From a virus (taxonomy: Duplodnaviria > Caudoviricetes): a stretch of DNA of 44,649 nucleotides. Position numbers and translations under genes: made by a program. Below the pieces are notes generated by a model, which was not told the origin of the DNA, did not search any database, and saw only the letters and a list, made by a program, of their open reading frames with translations. This document shows, piece after piece, positions 1 to 6,553 of this stretch (positions are counted from its first letter, which is position 1; every line of letters begins with the position of its first letter). The stretch lies in IMG/VR virus record IMGVR_UViG_3300037461_001292, positions 1 to 44,649 of that record; one strand, given 5' to 3'.

Positions 1-219
1 AAACTCCCTGTTGTCGGGGTCTGTCCGCCTGTTCTTGTGCTTCCAGATGAAGGTAATCTTGGTCAGTTTCAAAGCTGGTATCTCTTGCTTATGGCACTCC
101 CAAGCGACCAACTCCGTTTCCTTTTTCTTGATGGAAGCTGCTGCAAACTTGTTTGTCCTCTCAAGGTTGATGTAGGTATTAAGGTCGGTGAGGGGCGGTA
201 AGGTAAGGGTGTGGGTCAT
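1..219 (-). CDS. rusA: RusA-like Holliday junction resolvase (3' end runs off the window)
   Basis: Not in ORF track; hand translation MTHTLTLPPLTDLNTYINLERTNKFAAASIKKKETELVAW...ITFIWKHKNRRTDPDNREF contains the RusA-type RRxDxDN motif; ATG overlaps the upstream TGA (ATGA). Confidence 0.75.
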   Translation of the reverse strand, partial: MTHTLTLPPLTDLNTYINLERTNKFAAASIKKKETELVAWECHKQEIPALKLTKITFIWKHKNRRTDPDNREF

Positions 220-485
220 TTCCTCTCACTTTCTTTGATGAATTTACAAATTCTATTAGCACATTCAATACACCATTGTCTTTCACCTCTTGGAAACTTC
301 TTTTCTTTTATTTCTTTTATTGCCACTTGTCTGGCTCTGGCTATTTCTGAACGGATGATATCAGCTTGTTTTTCTGGTTCTGCTCCACAAACTTTACATT
401 TCCTTTCACCAAAACAAAGTTCAAGATTGTCTGCTAATTTCTTTGCTTTTTTCTTTAACTCCTTCTCCCATTTTGGCTTCTTCAT
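216..485 (-). CDS. Hypothetical protein with two CxxC pairs (possible Zn-binding)
   Basis: CKVC and CIEC; overlaps both neighbours in a coupled operon. Confidence 0.7.
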   Translation of the reverse strand: MKKPKWEKELKKKAKKLADNLELCFGERKCKVCGAEPEKQADIIRSEIARARQVAIKEIKEKKFPRGERQWCIECANRICKFIKESERK

Positions 486-790
486 TTCCCTGTCTCCTTT
501 TGTGTTAGAAAGTTTAGTGATTTAACAAACGCATTGTAATTTGGATGGTTTTTGCTAAAAGCCAGTAGTGCTAATGTAATTACATCTTCCTTTTCCACTC
601 TACTATCCGCTTCGGCTTTGAATCGTTTATTAAACCTCTTTTCCAAATCTCTAGGGTCATCGGGCGGGTTTATGTGGCAAGGAAAATCTTCAGGAAATCC
701 GCAAACACAAAGTTTTAAGCCTCTAAAATCCAATCCTTTTCCGTCATATTCAAATTCATGGGATAGTCTATAATTTGTTTTATCTCTCAT
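482..790 (-). CDS. Hypothetical protein (start moved from 877 to the ATG at 790)
   Basis: GGAGG upstream of MRDKTNY; avoids a long overlap with 807..995. Confidence 0.6.
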   Translation of the reverse strand: MRDKTNYRLSHEFEYDGKGLDFRGLKLCVCGFPEDFPCHINPPDDPRDLEKRFNKRFKAEADSRVEKEDVITLALLAFSKNHPNYNAFVKSLNFLTQKETGK

Positions 791-806
791 TTCCCTGCCT
801 CCTGGG

Positions 807-995
807 TTAACTTGTAAATATCTCCTCAATATCAGCTTCATCTTCCTTAACTTCCAGAGCTTTCTCAAAATCTTCAATCAAAGCTGCCGTTCTTAAAATG
901 TAGTTTCCGAACATTCCCCCCTTATCGGTCTTGAGGATAATGCTGTTGGTATATTTCCTCCAGGCTTCTGCCCTTTCTTTTAAGTCCTTGTTCAT
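807..995 (-). CDS. Hypothetical protein
   Basis: ATGA-coupled to 992..1318; GAGG upstream. Confidence 0.65.
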   Translation of the reverse strand: MNKDLKERAEAWRKYTNSIILKTDKGGMFGNYILRTAALIEDFEKALEVKEDEADIEEIFTS

Positions 996-1318
996 AAGAA
1001 ATACCTCTTAACTGGGTGCATGTAGATATTAAAGGTAGTGCCTGGTTTGATAATGCTGGGGTGTTGGTGAACCCAGCTGTCTTTCTTAAAGTCTGAAGCC
1101 AGGAGGTAAATCGTCCGCTTCATGCTTTTAATGTGGACAGCCAGCGTTACATCTCTCTTTAATGCTTCTTCAAGGAACCTTTCGTTAAGTCCTACTGACG
1201 CTGGCTGCCCTTTTTCGTAATGGATTTTGCCAATGGTCGTGAACCAGGTTTCCTGCTTACCCTCTTTATGGATACTTGCTTCCTGACCCCAAAACTTCAC
1301 GAAACCACCGCTCACCAT
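992..1318 (-). CDS. Hypothetical phage protein
   Basis: AGGAG SD; directly follows the SSB-like gene. Confidence 0.75.
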   Translation of the reverse strand: MVSGGFVKFWGQEASIHKEGKQETWFTTIGKIHYEKGQPASVGLNERFLEEALKRDVTLAVHIKSMKRTIYLLASDFKKDSWVHQHPSIIKPGTTFNIYMHPVKRYFL

Positions 1319-1319
1319 T

Positions 1320-1739
1320 TTATTTCTCCTTTTTAGTAGTAATCACTTTGTAAAATCCGGCAATCCTTGCCCTGGGAGTGCCTTCCTGGTCTTTCTTGTG
1401 GACAACTTCAAGACCGATAGGCTTGCCTATAATGGCATTTGGGTCTTCCGGCTCTACATTGTCTGTCCCCACCATCCCCACCGCCTTGTAAATCTTATAG
1501 AGCTTTGAAGGGGCTGGTTCTTTGAACCACCAGCTGTTCTTTGCCCAGGTTTTGAGGTTGTATTGCTGTCCTTCGTGGTCAACCACAAATGTAAACATTA
1601 TCTGGGTATAGCTGGGGGCAAACGGGCTCATTCCCGCATCTTCCAAGTCCAATACCTTGGCTTCGTATTCGCCTTCGGGAAGAAGAAACTTGGTCATATC
1701 TCCGTCCTGGGGCTTGTTTATCATAAAGTTAATCGGCAT
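1320..1739 (-). CDS. Putative single-stranded DNA-binding protein (DUF669-like OB fold)
   Basis: LLPEGEYEAKVLD...FTFVV...LYKIYKAVG...IIGKPIGLEVVHK...ARIAGF pattern; start moved to MPINF behind GGAGGTG. Confidence 0.65.
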   Translation of the reverse strand: MPINFMINKPQDGDMTKFLLPEGEYEAKVLDLEDAGMSPFAPSYTQIMFTFVVDHEGQQYNLKTWAKNSWWFKEPAPSKLYKIYKAVGMVGTDNVEPEDPNAIIGKPIGLEVVHKKDQEGTPRARIAGFYKVITTKKEK

Positions 1740-1902
1740 TTGGTTCACCTCCGTCCTCTCCAAACATCTTATCATCTAATAAATCCCTGAATAGGGAGCT
1801 CATGCTTTGCCTTGCTTTGAAGGCTGTTTCCCTCACCCAATCAAGCTGTTCTTTCGTGAGCCTGATGGTGGTAGTTACCATTTCCGGCTTATCTATCATC
1901 AT
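1729..1902 (-). CDS. Ribbon-helix-helix (CopG/Arc-like) DNA-binding protein, 57 aa
   Basis: Not in ORF track; MMIDKPEMVTTTIRLTKEQLDWVRETAFKARQSMSSLFRDLLDD fits the RHH pattern; AGGAG SD and ATGA overlap. Confidence 0.75.
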   Translation of the reverse strand: MMIDKPEMVTTTIRLTKEQLDWVRETAFKARQSMSSLFRDLLDDKMFGEDGGEPNAD

Positions 1903-2246
1903 TTTACACTCTCCTTTCTTGATAATGAGGTGGATATTTTTTCAATAATATATGAAACATTCCCCAAATCATTAAAAATCTCATTTATTCGTCCTTCCGT
2001 GATTATGTATTCCTTTCCAACATTATTTGGTTCTATTTTTGGTTCTTGCTTGCTTTTAATTTTCAGGGCTAACTGCCTGTTATATTCCTTATAAGCCTCG
2101 AATGTTTTACATTTCACCCACAGGTTGACTATTCCGGCACTATAACCCATCACCTTTGCGACCATGGCTTGGCTAATTCCCAGGTCTACCATTTTCATAG
2201 CTCTCCCAAAATTAGCTTTGTTGATATTTCTCTGGCGTTTTGCCAT
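1899..2246 (-). CDS. Helix-turn-helix DNA-binding protein
   Basis: MVDLGISQAMVAKVMGYSAGIVNLWVK HTH signature; AGGAG SD. Confidence 0.7.
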   Translation of the reverse strand: MAKRQRNINKANFGRAMKMVDLGISQAMVAKVMGYSAGIVNLWVKCKTFEAYKEYNRQLALKIKSKQEPKIEPNNVGKEYIITEGRINEIFNDLGNVSYIIEKISTSLSRKESVK

Positions 2247-2273
2247 ATTGTCTCCTTTTTTAATAATTTCTAA

Positions 2274-2537
2274 CTATTCCCCAAACCCTTTTTTAATCCA
2301 GTCGGGGTCGGGGTCTTTTGACTTCTCCATTAACTTTCCGTAGATATAGGTATATCCTAAGCGGTCTATCTCACTTTTAATCTTATCGTCTAAGAGGCTG
2401 TAAGCCTCCTTAAAGGCTTCCTGGTGGTCTTCCCCTACCTCCATAGTGATTGAAGCTCCTACCTGGTCGCTAGAGTAGTTAGGCAAGCTCAGCTTAATAT
2501 ACCTGCTCACCGAGATTTCGGTTATCTTATTTTTCAC
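2274..2537 (-). CDS. Hypothetical phage protein
   Basis: GTG start behind GGAGGT. Confidence 0.75.
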   Translation of the reverse strand: MKNKITEISVSRYIKLSLPNYSSDQVGASITMEVGEDHQEAFKEAYSLLDDKIKSEIDRLGYTYIYGKLMEKSKDPDPDWIKKGFGE

Positions 2538-2703
2538 TTTTACCTCCTCTCCATCTTTCCAAATCTTCTCCTAAAGCATCACAAGCTCCCTCTAAATAGG
2601 CAATAGTCAACAGGTTTTTGACAACTCCCATTTGAAAATCGGTAAGATTTAGACCCCTTATTTCCATTTCTCTTACATATTCATCAATTTTTTTATTTTT
2701 CAC
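2527..2703 (-). CDS. Small hypothetical protein, 58 aa
   Basis: Not in ORF track; GTG start behind AGGAG; MKNKKIDEYVREMEIRG...; fills an operon gap with short overlaps. Confidence 0.6.
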   Translation of the reverse strand: MKNKKIDEYVREMEIRGLNLTDFQMGVVKNLLTIAYLEGACDALGEDLERWRGGKSEK

Positions 2704-2830
2704 CTATTCTCCTTTCGGCTTCCAGCCATCTCTCGTATAACTTAGTATCAATATGACCTAGTAAGAGATACTTTGCGTATAATATCTCCTCTGCTAAGTC
2801 GGCAAATGCTATCTTTAATTCCTCAGTCAT
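2693..2830 (-). CDS. Small hypothetical protein, 45 aa
   Basis: Not in ORF track; MTEELKIAFADLAEEIL...; GGAGG SD and ATGA coupling to 2827..3030. Confidence 0.6.
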   Translation of the reverse strand: MTEELKIAFADLAEEILYAKYLLLGHIDTKLYERWLEAERRIGEK

Positions 2831-3030
2831 AAATCCCCTCCTGTTATATCTTTTATATTTACTTCCCTGACATATTGTTCCAATTCGTTGCCGTTGTACT
2901 GGTCAAGGTTGGGGTCTTCAAGAAAGTGATAGACTGCCAGCTTTTTATTGAAAGCCAGGCAAGTGCTGCTATACCCTCCGTCTTTATCTCCGATGAATAT
3001 GTCATATATTTTAAGGTCAGGATTTATCAC
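2827..3030 (-). CDS. Hypothetical protein
   Basis: Coupled overlaps on both sides. Confidence 0.65.
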   Translation of the reverse strand: MINPDLKIYDIFIGDKDGGYSSTCLAFNKKLAVYHFLEDPNLDQYNGNELEQYVREVNIKDITGGDL

Positions 3031-3233
3031 TCCATTACCTCCCTGTATTTATTGATAATCTCCTCGTCTCCAGCTTCCATGAGCCGTTTACAAATACTAC
3101 AAGCTGAATCTGGGTCTGACATCCGGCAATCGTGGTCGGCTTCCAAGAGCTCCCGCCTCATCTCCTTGACCGCTTCCCGCCTTTGCTGTTCCTCCACATC
3201 TCCTTGAACGTGGTCTGCCTGAAAATCAATCAT
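3027..3233 (-). CDS. Hypothetical protein (HDC...CSIC, possible metal binding)
   Basis: AAGGAG SD; first gene behind the promoter at 3258-3286. Confidence 0.7.
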   Translation of the reverse strand: MIDFQADHVQGDVEEQQRREAVKEMRRELLEADHDCRMSDPDSACSICKRLMEAGDEEIINKYREVME

Positions 3234-3257
3234 CTTGGCATCTCCTTTAATTAGCTA

Positions 3258-3286
3258 ATTATAGCATAGAATAATAAATAAATCAA
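3258..3286 (-). promoter_or_regulatory. Leftward sigma70-type promoter
   Basis: TTGATT-17 bp-TATAAT with extended -10 TG. Confidence 0.8.
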
Positions 3287-3498
3287 GCCAGTCTTCCTAA
3301 AACGTGCTTGCGGACAGCTTCCGGCAAGTCTTCCAACCCGATTTCCTTTCCAAGGTGGCTTCCGTCAACACAAGCTCCCCATTGGCTAAAATCACTTCCA
3401 TCAACTCCATCAACACTCAGACATTCTACGGGGCTTTTTAAGACTATGTATCTGTCAAGAGTTTTTCCGCCATTATCGTATATTTTATAGATTTTCAT
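3283..3498 (-). CDS. Conserved-looking small phage early protein
   Basis: YDNGGKTLDRY...HLGKEIGLEDLP pattern familiar from phage hypothetical proteins; AAGGA SD. Confidence 0.8.
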   Translation of the reverse strand: MKIYKIYDNGGKTLDRYIVLKSPVECLSVDGVDGSDFSQWGACVDGSHLGKEIGLEDLPEAVRKHVLGRLA

Positions 3499-3525
3499 AT
3501 TTCCTTTCTATTTACTAATATACTA

Positions 3526-3554
3526 ATTATATCATACTATCACTACTTATACAA
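3526..3554 (-). promoter_or_regulatory. Leftward sigma70-type promoter
   Basis: TTGTAT-17 bp-TATAAT with extended -10 TG. Confidence 0.8.
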
Positions 3555-3711
3555 GTGCCTTTCCTTCCTGCCTTTCCCTCTCCAGCTCCTGAAGGTATCT
3601 TCCATAAGCTTCCGCCGGACTTCCTAGGAGAGCAATCAAATGCTCAACTCCTAGGCTATCCCTTCCGGCTATCTTGAATTTCCCGTCTGCCAATTCTTCC
3701 ATTATAACCAT
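3547..3711 (-). CDS. Small hypothetical protein (start moved to MVIMEE)
   Basis: AAGGAGGT directly upstream of the ATG at 3711; the longer track start runs through a terminator hairpin. Confidence 0.7.
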   Translation of the reverse strand: MVIMEELADGKFKIAGRDSLGVEHLIALLGSPAEAYGRYLQELERERQEGKALV

Positions 3712-3739
3712 ATAACCTCCTTTCCTTTGGTTACCCATC

Positions 3740-3762
3740 AAAAACCCCGCATGGTAGCGGGG
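3740..3762 (-). terminator. Intrinsic terminator (leftward)
   Basis: CCCCGC-taccat-GCGGGG followed by TTTTT on the - strand. Confidence 0.7.
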
Positions 3763-4106
3763 CATTGACAACCCAGAAAACTAATAAATAATTATTAACT
3801 GTTCAAATCGACTAACTTATATTCTCCCGATTTGATTTTCTTTTCCGTTTCTTTTTTGCTTTCCCCTAAAAATATATTCCTATACTTTCCGGTAGTTACT
3901 GAATAATCCCACGTATTTTTGTCTAATATAATACCTTTAGGAGTCTTTCCGGCTATTATTGAGTAATAACTTTGAAAAAATGTTCCCACACTGTTTATTG
4001 TAATAATAAACTGATTAGCTACCTTATTGCCGTTCTTGCTTACCATATTTTCAACTCTTGGAATAATCATATCGTTATTCGCTTTCTGTTTTCCAGGTTG
4101 TCAATG
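3763..4106 (-). repeat. 19-bp inverted repeat (3763-3781 / 4088-4106) enclosing ORF 3795..4070
   Basis: cattgacaacccagaaaac versus the reverse complement of gttttccaggttgtcaatg, 17/19 identical; both differences are G-U pairs in - strand RNA. Confidence 0.8.
3795..4070 (-). CDS. Conserved-looking small phage protein
   Basis: GNKVANQFII...FQSY...WDYSVTTGKYRNIFLGE pattern seen in phage early regions. Confidence 0.85.
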   Translation of the reverse strand: MIIPRVENMVSKNGNKVANQFIITINSVGTFFQSYYSIIAGKTPKGIILDKNTWDYSVTTGKYRNIFLGESKKETEKKIKSGEYKLVDLNS

Positions 4107-4132
4107 TGCTAGTGTTATTTTAGCTTACTTTC

Positions 4133-4161
4133 AGAGGCTCAAAACCTAGCCTTGAGCCTCT
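4133..4161. other. Intergenic 10-bp hairpin
   Basis: agaggctcaa-(9 nt)-ttgagcctct just downstream of the 4170..4460 stop. Confidence 0.6.
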
Positions 4162-4169
4162 TAACTAGG

Positions 4170-4460
4170 CTAAATTAGCACTGGTGTTGATTGGATTTCG
4201 TAAGCATTTATCCAGTGTTGCTCATAATGCTTACAATCACCATCTGATTTAAAAGAATATATCCATCCAGTCTGCCCGTCTATCCCATCAGTGAAAGTTT
4301 TATGTCTGGTTTTACAATAAAAATACTCATCTTTTAACCATTTTTTCGCCTCTTTCAAGTTATTAAAATAATATGACTCTTTATCGTAACTACTCCAGTC
4401 ATTATTTCTGCCCATCTGCCTAGCTGTTTTGTTAACAGTTACTTTTATATACTTTTTCAT
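4170..4460 (-). CDS. Hypothetical early protein
   Basis: GGGGGTG SD-like sequence; 96-aa ORF. Confidence 0.8.
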   Translation of the reverse strand: MKKYIKVTVNKTARQMGRNNDWSSYDKESYYFNNLKEAKKWLKDEYFYCKTRHKTFTDGIDGQTGWIYSFKSDGDCKHYEQHWINAYEIQSTPVLI

Positions 4461-4607
4461 TTAATTATCACCCCCTTCTATCTTTACAAGTTTAGTAATT
4501 GCCTCAATTTCCCGCCGTTCCTGCTTCTTATCCCATTTATTGAAATATTGGACATCTTCCGGCTCTAAATCCAGCCTTATTTGTCTGGTGTGCGTGGATG
4601 ATTTCAT
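4461..4607 (-). CDS. Small hypothetical protein, 48 aa, first gene behind the consensus promoter
   Basis: Not in ORF track; AAGGAG SD; MKSSTHTRQIRLDLEPEDV...; its stop abuts the next ATG. Confidence 0.7.
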   Translation of the reverse strand: MKSSTHTRQIRLDLEPEDVQYFNKWDKKQERREIEAITKLVKIEGGDN

Positions 4608-4636
4608 AGCGTCTCCTTTTAATTGATAATACCCTC

Positions 4637-4665
4637 ATTATACCATTATTATAGTATTATGTCAA
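4637..4665 (-). promoter_or_regulatory. Perfect-consensus leftward sigma70 promoter
   Basis: TTGACA-17 bp-TATAAT with extended -10 TG. Confidence 0.9.
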
Positions 4666-4678
4666 GCCGTTCAGAGAA

Positions 4679-4689
4679 TATAATATAAT
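4679..4689 (+). promoter_or_regulatory. Overlapping TATAAT boxes upstream of terS (possibly leaderless)
   Basis: TATAAT at 4679-4684 and 4684-4689; ATG 6 nt after the second. Confidence 0.55.
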
Positions 4690-4695
4690 TAGGGA

Positions 4696-5166
4696 ATGAG
4701 CAGGAAAAAAACCCCACAGATACCTGAAATCAGGAAAGCTATCTTTGTCAAAGAATACCTGAAGACCAAGAACGCCACTGAAGCAACCCAAAGAGCTTAC
4801 CCTAATATGAAAAGACATTCTGCTAACCGATATGCTGTTGAATTAATGAAAAATGAAGATGTCCAGAAGGAAATAGAGATGTCTTTAAGAAGACAAGAGT
4901 TAACCCCAGAACACTTAGCAGAACATACCAAAGAGATATTGGAACAGGGTAAACAGCAACTAGGACAGCAGACGGTAACCCCAGAGTTATACAGCAAAAC
5001 GCTGTTTAATGTGTTTAGTGTTTATAGCAAACTTGGTGAGAGGGTTAAACTTTCACAAAATTTAAACATAAACATAGACACTGCTTCAACCCCTGATTTA
5101 TTGAGGAAAAGGCAAGAGTTTAACAGCTTCTTTAACAGCGTAATTGATGGTGAGACAGTTAAATAA
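4696..5166 (+). CDS. terS: Terminase small subunit
   Basis: IFVKEYLKTKNATEATQRAY...ANRYAVELMKNEDVQKEI, a Terminase_2-type N-terminal HTH. Confidence 0.85.
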   Translation: MSRKKTPQIPEIRKAIFVKEYLKTKNATEATQRAYPNMKRHSANRYAVELMKNEDVQKEIEMSLRRQELTPEHLAEHTKEILEQGKQQLGQQTVTPELYSKTLFNVFSVYSKLGERVKLSQNLNINIDTASTPDLLRKRQEFNSFFNSVIDGETVK

Positions 5167-5464
5167 CTGTATGTATATGCTACGTATTGACAGCTTCTAA
5201 GCACTCTTAGCCTCTAACTGCTACTAACCGTTGTAACAGCTACCCCCACCCACCCCTAACGGAAGTTTAAAAATTAAGTTAAAGCCCCCCAAAGGTACGG
5301 AATATATTTTCAATTCAGGATTACTATAGGATAACAGCCTAAGACTGTATTCTGCTTACCTTAAGTAGTCGTTAAGTGCCTTAGTACCATTTGGATACAG
5401 GGGGTCTATACCTTACAAAAAGAGGTTTTTTCAAAACAGAGATATTAAACTGGTATTGCTGCCT

Positions 5465-5731
5465 GACAAAGTAGGGTTGTTTTCAACGGTTGGGGGAAAT
5501 CTATGGCTTTCCCTTATCTGAAAACTCATTGCTTTGTCCCGATTGGGTGGTATGAGCACCTTGAGCCCCTTTTAGCTCCCGCAGGTTAGTGAACCGAGTT
5601 GGCGTACCATAGCACAACTTGGGTTTGTTCCTATGGGCGGACAATGCCCTGGGCGGCAATAAAATCTTTAGGTTGTTTAAGTGCTTTCAGCCTTTAGCTG
5701 TACCCTTCTTCCTCGCCGAAGGGCAGGCGAG
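5465..5731 (-). ncRNA. Candidate structured non-coding element (RNA or ssDNA)
   Basis: No tracked ORF; dense stems: ctcgcc/ggcgag, tacccttc/gaagggca, cagc/gctg, ccatag/ctatgg, gagc/gctc, ctcat/atgag, gggaaa/tttccc, gacaaag/ctttgtc. Confidence 0.4.
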
Positions 5732-5739
5732 CTTCCTTT

Positions 5740-5925
5740 CTATTTTTTTCTCCACAGTCGTCGTGGATATTTTCCGTTTTTGAAACAAACGCCGCATACC
5801 GGCTTTTTATCGTAGATTGGAGAATTGCATGAAGGACATTTATGGTGAGGTAACATATTACTTCTTAGTTTATCATCAAATACTTTCTGTTGTCTATTAG
5901 CTTTTTCCCAGTTAAGTCCTGCCAT
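5740..5925 (-). CDS. Small Zn-ribbon protein
   Basis: CPSC-x9-CGVC; lies behind the promoter at 6027-6055 and a structured leader. Confidence 0.7.
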   Translation of the reverse strand: MAGLNWEKANRQQKVFDDKLRSNMLPHHKCPSCNSPIYDKKPVCGVCFKNGKYPRRLWRKK

Positions 5926-5931
5926 AATTAA

Positions 5932-6012
5932 AGCCCCTTTGGTTAAAGCGGTTGCGGTTCAAGTTTGGCTAAAACCTAACCGCCTTACCCAAAGAGGCTC
6001 TGCCAAACTTGA
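5932..6012 (-). promoter_or_regulatory. Structured 5' leader (long hairpin plus competing or pseudoknot pairing)
   Basis: 22-nt arms 5932-5953/5978-5999; 11-bp inverted repeat 5959-5969/6002-6012. Confidence 0.65.
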
Positions 6013-6026
6013 TTCCAGCAATGAAT

Positions 6027-6068
6027 ACTTTACCACAGAAAAACCTGTTTGTCAAGCTGTGCTACAAT
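6027..6068. promoter_or_regulatory. Divergent promoter pair
   Basis: - strand TTGACA(6055-6050)-17-TAAAGT(6032-6027) with TG; + strand extended -10 TGcTACAAT (6060-6068). Confidence 0.65.
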
Positions 6069-6078
6069 GGGAGGGAAG

Positions 6079-6552
6079 ATGCCTAAATACAAACTCACTA
6101 AAAAGGAATTGGAGATAGGGAAAGCCAGGGATATCCTGGATACCATTGGGCAGGATAGTGAGAAGAAGGCGGCCAAATGGGTTATCTATTTCAACAGGTT
6201 GGCGGATAAAGAGGAGCTGGAGGAGAACCAGCTCAAAGAGGAGAAACTTAAAAGGAACAGGCGGAAGAAAAGTGACTATTTCAGGCTTCTGGCTGAGATG
6301 CTCAACGATTTGGCGGTAAAGGTGGAGAGGCCGATTGCCGGATATTCGGTAAAGGCTGGGTTTGACAACATCGGGGTTTGGGTGGAACTGAAAACCTATT
6401 GGGGGAAAACTTATAAACGGGCGGTGAAGCCTACGGGAGTTCCGAAGTATGACCTTCCGGCTATTCTGACCTTGGTGGGAAGCCTGGAGGACACGATGTG
6501 GAAGTTTGCCGAGGAAAAAACTACCGAGAAGGGGGTATGCTTACCTGATTGA
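6079..6552 (+). CDS. Hypothetical protein upstream of terL
   Basis: Likely start MPKYKL at 6079 behind GGAGG; stop is 1 nt before the terL ATG. Confidence 0.8.
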   Translation: MPKYKLTKKELEIGKARDILDTIGQDSEKKAAKWVIYFNRLADKEELEENQLKEEKLKRNRRKKSDYFRLLAEMLNDLAVKVERPIAGYSVKAGFDNIGVWVELKTYWGKTYKRAVKPTGVPKYDLPAILTLVGSLEDTMWKFAEEKTTEKGVCLPD

Positions 6553-6553
6553 T

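Noticed and set aside
5465-5739. tRNA, tmRNA or HDV-like ribozyme
   Set aside because: No T-loop GTTCRA with cloverleaf, no tmRNA ends, and I could not build the HDV P1/P2 nested pseudoknot
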